Assembly (NCBI GenBank): GCA_964511305.1
Contig: CAZEEU010000001.1
Location: 191,378 to 255,377 of the forward strand
DNA from: an uncultured Gammaproteobacteria bacterium
GTDB lineage: Bacteria; Patescibacteriota; Microgenomatia; Levybacterales; GWA1-39-11
Length of the DNA: 64,000 nt
Reading direction: 5' to 3'
Every line of letters begins with the position of its first letter. The first letter of the stretch is position 1. Positions 16,406 to 25,840 of the stretch are shown here, piece by piece. The notes beneath the pieces were generated by a model. The model was given only the letters and a program-made list of their open reading frames with translations. It made no database searches and was not told the DNA's origin. Made by a program: the position numbers and the translations under genes.

Positions 16406-17974
16406 CTAATGCTGAGTTGAAACCTCACTAGGATTTAACTCGTTATTCATTTTTTGATTTCTAGCATTCTCTTCATTAATAAATTTCTGATCACGATCAT
16501 TTATTTTCTTTCTATAACTTTCTATGTTGATATCTTTTACATCTAGATATTCTTTGTATTCTGATAGATTAAAACTATTAAAATACTCCTTTTTGCCATA
16601 TTCTCTTTGGAGTCTTTCTATATCTCCAAGCAAATTATAAATTGCTATTGATTGGAAGAAATCGTAGCTATTATTTTTCTCTGCTTCAACAACTAACTGA
16701 TTAAGACTTTCTCTGTAAATTTCACCGTCAGGAGAGAGTCTTGCGAGATATCTATAATCTAGACCTTGTTGGGTTCTCGCTTGAGAATAATGTGCAATTA
16801 AATAGTCAAAATTTGCTAGATTAATACCAACAAGAACCACAATGGTAAATGTAACCATATATCTAAAGAATGAAATTAGAGCAACTTTTCGATTATAAAA
16901 ATAGACAAACAAAAGTAGCGCACCAGAAAGCCACAACATCGTTGCATACCCCCATAATCTTTTTTGAGTAAGACCCCACAACAAGCTATAGTCATTGACA
17001 CTCTTAAATGCTATACCTACTAAGAAAAATGCTTCAATAATTAAAAAATAAGAGAGTATCCTATTCCACTTGCCTCTTACCCTATCAATGTATGCCAGGA
17101 AGAATATTATGAACGCAACTACAGTTACTTGAAAGAATATTTCATTGGTAAGCCTTGAATTTGTGTACCCCATTTTCCAAAGCTCATCAGCAGTTGCAAA
17201 ATAAAGTTGCATTTGTGTTGCAAAAAAGATGATTAAAAGAATTCCCATTGCAACTTTTGGAAATAGATAATTAACAGAGATGTAAAAATTCTTATTCTTT
17301 GTCGTAGCACCCGTTGCCACTGGGGTTAGAATTTTTGGAACAATGACTGCAAGGATAGTAAAGAATATAAATCGGATAATAAGAAAAACCGGCTGATCCC
17401 CAAAGAGGAATTTGACAAACTGCTGCAAGTTAAATGTCTTTATAGTATTTTGCACCAGCTGATTGAATAAGGGATTCGCTGAAGAAAGCAGCGGAATAGT
17501 TATTATCAAAAAGACAATTGTTACAATAAGTGACGGAATATATTTCCTGACAAAACCTGCCTTACTAGATCCCTTAAATGCACTTAGAGAATAAGAGTAA
17601 ATACTTTTTCCTGAAATAATTTGGTTGAATACTGAGAATGGAGTAAGAAAAAGATTTGCAAGAGTATGCCCTGTAGCTATCGGTAGAACCATTAGTGATC
17701 CGAAAAGAATCACAAAAATGAAGTTAATAAATTGCATGGTGTCATTTGCTCGTATCAACTCAAAACAAGACAAAGCAATAACTCCAATAAGTAGAACGAC
17801 CTCAAACCAACTCTTATCTTTTCTTAAAATGAAAACTAGAGTTGCTAGGGAAATAAACAGGATAGAAAACGGGATAAAGGGAAATCCACTCTGAATAGGA
17901 ATAAGAAGCCAGGCAACAATTGCGCTAAGTACTAAGGAGATGGCAGGTATTTTTGCTTTGACAATGTCTAGCAT
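16406..17974 (-). CDS. DUF4153/DUF4173-like polytopic membrane protein
   Basis: LLSSANPLF, YS..WGLTQKRL, NFDYLIA, DYRYLARLSPD. Confidence 0.75.
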   Translation of the reverse strand: MLDIVKAKIPAISLVLSAIVAWLLIPIQSGFPFIPFSILFISLATLVFILRKDKSWFEVVLLIGVIALSCFELIRANDTMQFINFIFVILFGSLMVLPIATGHTLANLFLTPFSVFNQIISGKSIYSYSLSAFKGSSKAGFVRKYIPSLIVTIVFLIITIPLLSSANPLFNQLVQNTIKTFNLQQFVKFLFGDQPVFLIIRFIFFTILAVIVPKILTPVATGATTKNKNFYISVNYLFPKVAMGILLIIFFATQMQLYFATADELWKMGYTNSRLTNEIFFQVTVVAFIIFFLAYIDRVRGKWNRILSYFLIIEAFFLVGIAFKSVNDYSLLWGLTQKRLWGYATMLWLSGALLLFVYFYNRKVALISFFRYMVTFTIVVLVGINLANFDYLIAHYSQARTQQGLDYRYLARLSPDGEIYRESLNQLVVEAEKNNSYDFFQSIAIYNLLGDIERLQREYGKKEYFNSFNLSEYKEYLDVKDINIESYRKKINDRDQKFINEENARNQKMNNELNPSEVSTQH

Positions 17975-18126
17975 GCGTAATAACTTAATGCCATTATATC
18001 ACTCTTCTGATAATAACATCTTCTACCGCAAACCGCCTGTTGGAATAGAAACATCAAGATCTGGCTTAGTGAGGATTTTTTCCTTTAATTTTTACTAATT
18101 CTGAATTCACAAAATGAGTAATATCA

Positions 18127-18726
18127 CTAAGGTAATATAGGTACGAGCTTTAGCTCTCCTACATTCGCGAGTAGGTCACCTACAGAACCGTCTTCCGGAT
18201 TTTTTGGAGTATCTGTTGGATTAGGAGTTGGCGTAGGTGTATCTTCTACAATGGTTGGGGTCGGCATCGGAGTCTCTTGCTCAATGGCTGGGGTTGGAGT
18301 TGTGGCTGGGGTTGGAGTTGTAGCTGTAGTCGGAGTTGGAGCATTATTATTCTGCTCTGAAGATGAAGCTTGATTACTATTTGGTGAAGATGTGCTTTGC
18401 TGAGCTTTATTAGTAGGAGTTGGTGTAATAGCTATTGCCCCAGCTGGTTTTTTAGAAACTTTTTTTACATTTGCATTGGTACTTTTTACTTTAGAAGCCA
18501 CAGTTGGTTGTGCATTAGGAGTTGGAGTTGCCGTTGGCATGACTCTCTTTACTATCGGAGCAGCCACTGCCATTTCTTTTTCTTTAAATTCATGAAATTT
18601 TATAAAAGGCAGTACTGGTAAGAGAATTAAAATGACAACAAATGCCTTACCTAAAAATCCAAGCTGACTCCATGCTTGTTTAATTCGTTCTTGATCAGAA
18701 ATTTTTACTGAAACGGCCGCATCCAT
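18127..18726 (-). CDS. Single-TM protein with Pro/Thr-rich extracellular region
   Basis: TM followed by many TPTP repeats. Confidence 0.7.
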   Translation of the reverse strand: MDAAVSVKISDQERIKQAWSQLGFLGKAFVVILILLPVLPFIKFHEFKEKEMAVAAPIVKRVMPTATPTPNAQPTVASKVKSTNANVKKVSKKPAGAIAITPTPTNKAQQSTSSPNSNQASSSEQNNNAPTPTTATTPTPATTPTPAIEQETPMPTPTIVEDTPTPTPNPTDTPKNPEDGSVGDLLANVGELKLVPILP

Positions 18727-18766
18727 AAATAACTGTATCGAAGTATATCAATCCGATGCAATTATT

Positions 18767-19291
18767 TCAATTTATGAAAAACTTGAGGACTATACCCATT
18801 AAACTAGCTATTAAAAAGCATGCAAAAGTATTTTTTTTAATAATTCTTGAAAGAACCAGTGTGGTTATAAAGACAACCCACGGAATTATTCCCGTCAAAG
18901 TAATTTTTGCCATGTCAGCAACTGCTGAAAATATAAGACCTATCGATACTGCTGTTATCCCTACTACAAAGTTTGTTATGAAAGAATTTTTCTTCACTCT
19001 TTCATACAATTTATGAAGAGGAATTATTATAAAAGCCGGGATAGTTATAACTATCGTCGAAAGAGTCGCTCCCACCACTCCATAGAGCATATATCCAATA
19101 GAAGTAACATATAGATTAAATAGTCCTGGTGTGATACGAGCAACGGCAAAAGCATATAGCAGTTGCTCGCTTGTTATTACGTGACGATTTATCACAAGCT
19201 CCTCACGAAGGATTGGGAACATCACCAAGGCATTACCAAAGGTAACAATTGTGTAGAAAAGAAATACACCAAGAAGATCAAGCAACGACAT
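18767..19291 (-). CDS. Short-chain chromate transporter (CHR family), subunit 2
   Basis: TFGNA...FAVARITPG...GYMLYGVVGA. Confidence 0.82.
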   Translation of the reverse strand: MSLLDLLGVFLFYTIVTFGNALVMFPILREELVINRHVITSEQLLYAFAVARITPGLFNLYVTSIGYMLYGVVGATLSTIVITIPAFIIIPLHKLYERVKKNSFITNFVVGITAVSIGLIFSAVADMAKITLTGIIPWVVFITTLVLSRIIKKNTFACFLIASLMGIVLKFFIN

Positions 19292-19841
19292 TCTTCTTAC
19301 CCTTTCTCATCAATATTCCCGCTGCAATTGCCCCTCCAACAAGGAGTACTAATGTTGTATTAAGATTTAGAAAAAATGAAGCAACAAATGAGCTGATTGA
19401 AAAAATAATTAATAATTTTGATGTAAATACATCTTTCCCCAAATTTATAATTGCCAAGACAATAAGTCCTAAAGCAGCAGGAAGAACAGCGTCATTCATA
19501 TAAGTAAAAAAGGGTGTCCCTTTTAATGGCAAATACAATATTGAAAGCAATAATGCTACTGTAAAACCGGGCAAGGTAAGTGCAATTATTGCAATAATTG
19601 ATCCCAAAAGTTTTTTACTTTTGTAACCAATCGCAATTGCAATTGCACCAATTGTTCCCCCAGGGACAATACGCGCAATTCCCCAGATAGCCATAAATTC
19701 ATCATCCCCAACTATTTTTAAATTTTTAACAAATTGCTCTCGAAGGGATGAAAGCACTCCAAGTCCTCCGCCAAACACACTACCTGTTTTAAGGAATGCA
19801 GCAAATAAATCTTTATGTGAAAGTTCTTTTTCTTCTTTCAA
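19278..19841 (-). CDS. Short-chain chromate transporter (CHR family), subunit 1
   Basis: LFAAFLKTGSVFGGG...ARIVPG...IGY...LPG. Confidence 0.85.
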   Translation of the reverse strand: MKEEKELSHKDLFAAFLKTGSVFGGGLGVLSSLREQFVKNLKIVGDDEFMAIWGIARIVPGGTIGAIAIAIGYKSKKLLGSIIAIIALTLPGFTVALLLSILYLPLKGTPFFTYMNDAVLPAALGLIVLAIINLGKDVFTSKLLIIFSISSFVASFFLNLNTTLVLLVGGAIAAGILMRKGKKNVVA

Positions 19842-19899
19842 AACATTAAATTATATCAAAAAGTGAAGTAAAATCGTATGCTGCCAATCATGATGGCAG

Positions 19900-20250
19900 A
19901 AAGACATCAAGTGATTCTAGCTTAAAAAGCTAGACCCCCCTTTATTATTATTGGAATTATCTTTCTCACTCAGTTTTTTCATCTTTATCACTTAATCATT
20001 ATGCATTTTATCTTAAATCGACAACCACTCATTTCATGGCAGGATTTTTTATAGTCTTTGCAACATTTAAATTAATAGCCCTTAGAGAATTTGCAGAGGC
20101 TTTCTATGATCGTTGGAATATGGACTACGCAAATTCTATTACTCGAAATGTTAGCTATGGGCTTTTCTGGGGTTGGTGTACTTCGAAAACTCATAAAAGG
20201 TAGAAATTTCAATGCGTTTGCATTGGCATTTTCATAAGGTACCCTTCGAC
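19900..20250 (+). pseudogene. Decayed MauE/DoxX-like membrane protein (boundaries approximate)
   Basis: Fragments FMAGFFIVFATFKLIALREFAEAFYD and MGFSGVGVLRKLIKG..(shift)FQCVCIG, broken by frameshifts and stops. Confidence 0.55.
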
Positions 20251-20283
20251 TTTGGAATGTCTCTTCCCGCGTTCTTAATGCTT

Positions 20284-20889
20284 TTAACGCAGTACAGGTA
20301 GATTAATGTTCCTACTCAAAGAATAAAATCTGATAGCAATAATTGTTACTAATGCAATACCGCTAGCTATATCTATCCCCACCCCCATCATCACAAGGAC
20401 ATATAAAAGAACTGCTCCAATTCCTGCCGCTGTTGCATAAATTTCTGTTCTAAAAATAAATGGAATTTCATTCAGAATTATTTCCCGAAGCAACCCTCCC
20501 CCTGCTGAAGTTAACATAGCAAAAAAGATTACGACCAAGATACTAAGACTTGCACCTATTGCTACATTTGCCCCGGATACAGCGAATGCAGCAAGACCAA
20601 AAGTGTCTGCAATAAGTAAAAATAATGTAGGAATTCTAAGATGAAAATGATAAAAAATAATAGATAAAATGCTTGCAATAACTGCAAACAACAAATACTC
20701 TCCGTGGGAAAGGGCATATGGTATTCTCCCTAAACACGCGTCTCGAATCATGCCTCCACCAACTGCAGTCATACACCCAACAATTAAGAGCCCAAAGACA
20801 TCAAGTTTCTTTTTTACACCATGACTTACTCCTACAAACGCGAATGCGAAAATTCCAATTTTATCAAAAATAAATACGAGGCTTTCCAT
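20284..20889 (-). CDS. TRIC cation channel family (UPF0126/YadS-like) protein
   Basis: Duplicated motifs DVFG..TAVGGGMIRD and TSAGGGLLRE; EIYATAA. Confidence 0.9.
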   Translation of the reverse strand: MESLVFIFDKIGIFAFAFVGVSHGVKKKLDVFGLLIVGCMTAVGGGMIRDACLGRIPYALSHGEYLLFAVIASILSIIFYHFHLRIPTLFLLIADTFGLAAFAVSGANVAIGASLSILVVIFFAMLTSAGGGLLREIILNEIPFIFRTEIYATAAGIGAVLLYVLVMMGVGIDIASGIALVTIIAIRFYSLSRNINLPVLR

Positions 20890-21063
20890 GAGTTATATTA
20901 CCATATAGTTTTTTTTAATTAAACTTTCGTACACTATACATTGTCCCCATGAAATCCAGTGCAGGTTGCAACAGTGGGCTTTGCAGTACTTGCTGGAATT
21001 ATGATTGGACACGTAGTTGGAACTCGCAACAAATTATTCAAGTCCTTAAAGAGCATAAGGCTT

Positions 21064-21945
21064 TTAGCTAATTTGAGAATCTACATCGCTAAAAAAATCC
21101 ATTCCAATTTTTAGAAATTCTTCTTTTTCTTCCAAGAACATTGTATGCGCACTTTTATTTAAAACTTTCATTTTTGCATTCGGAAATTTCTCTGCATAAA
21201 ATTTAGTAGTTAAAGGAGTTGCCATATCATATTTACCGCAAATTAAAAGAACAGGGACATTAATTTTATGTAGCTGATCAATACAATCTGCATTTTTTAA
21301 ATTACCCGTACAATGAAATTCTGTAGGTCCCCACATCGTGTTATATACATCAAGTCCCATTAACTTGTGCCCTTCTTGGATTGGTTTTGGATATGGGTAA
21401 ATTCTGCAGAAATATTTTTTGTAAAACTCTAAAGTTGCTTTCTCATAATCTTTCGAATTATATGTTTTGCTCTGCTCATTCACATTGATCGTATCTTGAA
21501 TTTTTTGTGGCAAAGTTCTCTTCAATGTGTTTGCGTCCTCTATCCACCTTTTGCTATTAAAAAATGGACCTGAAAAAAGAATACTCTTGACTCTTTTTGG
21601 ATATTTTATTGTGTACATTGCAGCAAGCATTGTCCCCCATGAATGTCCCCATAAATAAATCTCTTCAAATTCTAAGTGTTGCCTTAATAATTCCAACTCT
21701 TCAACAAATCTTTCTTTCTTCCAAAGCTTTTTGTCACTCGGTCTTTCTGAGTGGCCTGATCCTAACTGGTCATAAAAAACAACTGTTCTATCTTTTGAAA
21801 ATTTATTAAGAGTCAACATCGAATGAGAAGAGGAACCAGGACCTCCATGCAAGACAATAAGAGGAGTTTTTTTCTTTTTACTTGGAAAGACCCTATACCA
21901 TATCTTGCCTCCGGTAACTTGCAGGTGCCCCTCTACACTTTTCAT
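21064..21945 (-). CDS. Proline iminopeptidase family hydrolase
   Basis: LHGGPG, YDQLGSGHS, GHSWG and MWGPTEF. Confidence 0.92.
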   Translation of the reverse strand: MKSVEGHLQVTGGKIWYRVFPSKKKKTPLIVLHGGPGSSSHSMLTLNKFSKDRTVVFYDQLGSGHSERPSDKKLWKKERFVEELELLRQHLEFEEIYLWGHSWGTMLAAMYTIKYPKRVKSILFSGPFFNSKRWIEDANTLKRTLPQKIQDTINVNEQSKTYNSKDYEKATLEFYKKYFCRIYPYPKPIQEGHKLMGLDVYNTMWGPTEFHCTGNLKNADCIDQLHKINVPVLLICGKYDMATPLTTKFYAEKFPNAKMKVLNKSAHTMFLEEKEEFLKIGMDFFSDVDSQIS

Positions 21946-22013
21946 TTCTTGATTATACGTCTATTTAGCATAATTACTTGGTTTTAGCCATAAAATACAA
22001 TACAATTCATTAC

Positions 22014-23018
22014 ATGAGCTATAAATATAAACATTCAGTTCTTGGTGGTACATTTGACCATTTTCATAAAGGTCATGAAAGATTCATAGGTGCTGCACTT
22101 GCCGATTCAGAAAAACTCACAATTGGAATAACTTCTGATGAAATGCTTGATAACAAATCTCAAAAAAATACTGTTGAAAACTACCCAACAAGAGAACAGT
22201 CAGTCGAAGACTTTATAACCACCAATGGACATAAAAATCGAGTAGAAGTATTTAAGATAAATGATATTTATGGACCAAGCATAGACGACTTATCTCTTGA
22301 AGCTATATATGTTATCGATGATACCTATAAGGGTGCTGAAATGGTAAATCTCAAACGAGAAAGTCTAGGTCTTACAAAACTTGCGATAGTAGTTGTCCCA
22401 ACTTTAGATATGAATGATAGTAAAAGAATCTCATCAACCGCAATAAGACTTGGAAAAATAGATCGTCATGGAAATAACTATGCCGATTTATTTCCAATTG
22501 ACGCATCACTAACACTGCCTGATTCTCTGAGAGATCAACTTAAGGAGCCATTTGGAGAAGTAGTTAATAATTTAGAAATTAGTAAATTGAAGAACTACTT
22601 CCTAATCGCGGTTGGAGATATTGTTGTTTCGAATTTACTGCAACACGATGTAATTCCAAACCTCAGTATTTTTGACAAAATATCCAATAGGGAGAAAATA
22701 ACAGAAATAGAAGTTCTTGATCACCTTCCAAAAAATTCTTTAAAATTAAATAACGCACCTGGCACAATCAATTGTACTACTGCTCTTAAAATCGAAAAAG
22801 TTATTCAAGAAAGCATTGGTTCACATGAAAAATTCTCAATTGAAATAAGTGGAGAAGAAGATTTGCTGGCACTACCCGCTATGCTCTTTGCGCCTCTCGA
22901 TTCACGAGTCATTTATGGCCTAAAAGACGAAGGTGCTGTTGTAGTTACGATTACCGAAGACTTAAAAAAGATTCTTGTTATACAAATTATTAAGAAACTC
23001 AAACCCCTCGTTGGATAA
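22014..23018 (+). CDS. coaD: Archaeal/eukaryote-type phosphopantetheine adenylyltransferase fused to DUF359 (GTP-dependent dephospho-CoA kinase-like)
   Basis: GGTFDHFHKGH, IGITSD, DIYGP and ISSTAIR; C-terminal LRDQLKEPFG, VGDIV, NAPGTI, GEEDLLALP, YG. Confidence 0.85.
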   Translation: MSYKYKHSVLGGTFDHFHKGHERFIGAALADSEKLTIGITSDEMLDNKSQKNTVENYPTREQSVEDFITTNGHKNRVEVFKINDIYGPSIDDLSLEAIYVIDDTYKGAEMVNLKRESLGLTKLAIVVVPTLDMNDSKRISSTAIRLGKIDRHGNNYADLFPIDASLTLPDSLRDQLKEPFGEVVNNLEISKLKNYFLIAVGDIVVSNLLQHDVIPNLSIFDKISNREKITEIEVLDHLPKNSLKLNNAPGTINCTTALKIEKVIQESIGSHEKFSIEISGEEDLLALPAMLFAPLDSRVIYGLKDEGAVVVTITEDLKKILVIQIIKKLKPLVG

Positions 23019-23688
23019 CAACTTCTGCAGGCGAAATGCCGTTAGGTGCCTTCAGAACGTGCACTATCTGTCCCGCCACGTCTTCCGGATTCATAAATGC
23101 AGATAGGTCTTTTTCTGGAAAGTCACTCCAAAAAGCCGAATTCATACCCCCAGGACAAACACTTGTAACACGCACCCTATGTTTTACCCCTTCTAACCTG
23201 AGGCTTTCAGTAAATCCTCTGAGACCCCATTTGCTTGCTGCATACACTACCTCATTATCACGACCGACAAGTCCAGAAGTGGATGAGACATTCACAATAT
23301 GACCGGACTTTAAAACTTTCATTCTCTTATATGCTTCCAAGCTAGTATAAATGGATCCCTTCAAATTCGTTCCCAAGACATCCATTATCTCTTCTTGGGT
23401 TGTTGCATCAAAATCTTTTGTAAGTCCAATGCCTGCACAGTTGATAAGCCCATAGAGATCTCCTCCTTGATCAATTCTTTCGAATGCTTCAACAATTTCC
23501 TCAGGTTTTCTTAAATTGCAGTTAATTTGTCTTGCCTTAAAATCTAACTGCTGATCTTCAATTTTTCTAGAAAGAGCAAATACATTACTACCTTCAGAAG
23601 ATAGTTGTCTTGCAACTTCAAGACCTAGTCCGCTTGATGCCCCAACAACTACCATATTTTTATTTGTTAATTCGGTTTCTTTTGCCAT
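22999..23688 (-). CDS. SDR family oxidoreductase
   Basis: GASSGLG, NCAG, NVSS and YAASK. Confidence 0.92.
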   Translation of the reverse strand: MAKETELTNKNMVVVGASSGLGLEVARQLSSEGSNVFALSRKIEDQQLDFKARQINCNLRKPEEIVEAFERIDQGGDLYGLINCAGIGLTKDFDATTQEEIMDVLGTNLKGSIYTSLEAYKRMKVLKSGHIVNVSSTSGLVGRDNEVVYAASKWGLRGFTESLRLEGVKHRVRVTSVCPGGMNSAFWSDFPEKDLSAFMNPEDVAGQIVHVLKAPNGISPAEVVIQRGV

Positions 23689-23752
23689 AAGTGAATTGTA
23701 GAACGCGTAACTATTGTGTGCTTGATTAAATTCTGATATAATACTGACGAAT

Positions 23753-24832
23753 ATGAACTTAAAGTCTCAACAATCTAAATTGCTTATAAAAAAGGTGCAG
23801 CAATTTGTAGAAAATTCAGAATCATTTGCTCTTCTTGGGATACCAGGAGTAGGGATATCTGTTTTTTTGAAGAATTTGGTTTTTCCAAAACCTTTTCGCT
23901 TCGTATATGTTGATGTTTTTGCATTACCGCATGCAAATGAAAAATATCTATTTGACTCCCTATACCAAAAACTTGGAGGAACAAATCATGGCTCTTTAGA
24001 AAATTGTCAGCAAATACTTGAAAAAATTACTCAAAACGAAAGAGTAGTTATATGTTTTGGTGGATTCGATCAGATGAAACAAACTTTTAAAAAGGAGACT
24101 CTCAAAAATCTGAAATCTTTGGGACTCATTAATAGGGATAAGATTAGTTTTATTTTTGGAATATGTAGAAGAATTGAATCACTAATCGATCCTAACATCG
24201 AAGACATTGATTTAAATATGCTTGCAAACACCTTGTATATAGAGCCTTACTCTCGGGAAGACCTTAAAGAGCTCATCAACTATTATGGACCATATAGAAA
24301 TATTTCAGATAAGGAATTTGATGCCTTTGCAAATTTGTCAGGAGGACATTTTCAATTATTTCAACTTCTAATGCAGTCCGAACAAACTGAATATCTTGAA
24401 TCCAACCCATATATAAAAATCTCATTAACCAATATCTATAATCACTTAACTTTTGGCCAAAAAACTACTCTTAAAAAAATTATTGATGGAAAGAGTGTTG
24501 CTCCTGATAGCTATCTTATAAATACAGGCTTGGTTAAAGAGAGTGACAAGGGCTATAAGGTGTTCTCCAAGCTTTTTGAGGAATTTATATACAAACAAAA
24601 CACAAAGCTACCCAAAAAAGAATCAGATCTACTACGCTTGCTTAAGCAGAATAAAAACAAGATTGTAAGCAAAGAAGATATTTTCAATACTGTTTGGGGG
24701 AAAGAAAATATTGATGCAACAGATTGGGCGCTTGATGCTCTCATATATAGATTACGACGAAACTCACGATTCAAATTGTCAGGATTTACAATCGAAAGCC
24801 ATAAAAAAATAGGTTACCGCCTAATAGCATGA
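23753..24832 (+). CDS. Regulator with degenerate AAA/STAND-like N-terminus and OmpR-type winged-helix C-terminus
   Basis: GIPGVGIS (degenerate Walker A), LSGGH; KESDLLRLL..NKNKIVSKEDI...W...ALDALIYRLR...GY. Confidence 0.75.
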   Translation: MNLKSQQSKLLIKKVQQFVENSESFALLGIPGVGISVFLKNLVFPKPFRFVYVDVFALPHANEKYLFDSLYQKLGGTNHGSLENCQQILEKITQNERVVICFGGFDQMKQTFKKETLKNLKSLGLINRDKISFIFGICRRIESLIDPNIEDIDLNMLANTLYIEPYSREDLKELINYYGPYRNISDKEFDAFANLSGGHFQLFQLLMQSEQTEYLESNPYIKISLTNIYNHLTFGQKTTLKKIIDGKSVAPDSYLINTGLVKESDKGYKVFSKLFEEFIYKQNTKLPKKESDLLRLLKQNKNKIVSKEDIFNTVWGKENIDATDWALDALIYRLRRNSRFKLSGFTIESHKKIGYRLIA

Positions 24833-24943
24833 GAACGACTCTGTTATCTGATAGAATTTCTTTGTGGACAACAACCAAATTCTCTCCCTCGAATCTCTCA
24901 GCGAATATGGAGATTTTTTAGATCTCAAATCAATTCTTAATAC

Positions 24944-25609
24944 ATGATAAAACTAGTTGCAATAGATTTTGACGAAACACTCTGCATGACAGAGGAGTCA
25001 ACGTATTTTATTGAAAATAGCGTTGCAGTTAGCATGGGGCATGATCCTATGTCACGGGAGGTGCATCAAAAAACTTGGGGACAAGAATTAGAAATGGCAA
25101 TTCAAGAAAGAGTGCCTGGAATAAATGTTGAAAAATTCATGAAACTTTTACCAGAAGCACACATGATTGCAGTAGAGGAAGGAAATATAGACATTGTATC
25201 GCCCGAGAACATACAAGCTCTTGATAAAATTCTTGAGAATAATCTCAGACTTGCTCTTCTTACATCTCGCTCAATTGATGAAGCCAACCATCTCATGCAC
25301 GAAACCCATCCCTTAAACACACGCATGGAGAAATACTACTATAAAGAAAATTCCGATTTTCTCAAACCTGATCCCAGAGTTTTTGACAAAGTCTTAAAAG
25401 ACTTCGACCTTAAACCTTATGAGATAGTCTATGTTGGTGATGCTGTAAGCGATGCTGTTGCAGCAAAAGGCGCTGGGTTGCATTTTGTTGCTGTGCTTGA
25501 AGGTGGAATAAGAGTAAAGGAAGATTTTAAACACTTACCTGTTGATTATTTTGCAACGACTTTTCTTGAAGCAACTAATTATATTCTGTCTCTTACTTCG
25601 AAACTGTAA
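24944..25609 (+). CDS. HAD family hydrolase
   Basis: DFDETL, LLTSR, KPDP and YVGDAVSD. Confidence 0.9.
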   Translation: MIKLVAIDFDETLCMTEESTYFIENSVAVSMGHDPMSREVHQKTWGQELEMAIQERVPGINVEKFMKLLPEAHMIAVEEGNIDIVSPENIQALDKILENNLRLALLTSRSIDEANHLMHETHPLNTRMEKYYYKENSDFLKPDPRVFDKVLKDFDLKPYEIVYVGDAVSDAVAAKGAGLHFVAVLEGGIRVKEDFKHLPVDYFATTFLEATNYILSLTSKL

Positions 25610-25727
25610 TTTCTGATAGATGATCTTCTGCAAGTACTTTCTGAGAGCTCAAGCTAATTGATGACACTATAGCTATAGCAACCAGAATAAAAAATAATCC
25701 TAAAATCTTTCCCAACTCTTTAATCAT
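25593..25727 (-). CDS. Putative small membrane/secreted peptide (44 aa)
   Basis: Hand translation MIKELGKILGLFFILVAIAIVSSISLSSQKVLAEDHLSEITVSK*. Confidence 0.35.
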   Translation of the reverse strand: MIKELGKILGLFFILVAIAIVSSISLSSQKVLAEDHLSEITVSK

Positions 25728-25840
25728 AAATACATTTTAGCGATCCCCCAGGAAGATTTGGCAACAAAAAAGTAAGAAAAGGGTAATATAGCATCATCAA
25801 ATTCTTTGACTTTAAGGGCTCAATTCTTCAATATTAATAT

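Noticed and set aside
18220-18540. GGAGTT/GGGGTT-type short repeats (also within 30962..35383)
   Set aside because: They simply encode Pro-Thr linkers.
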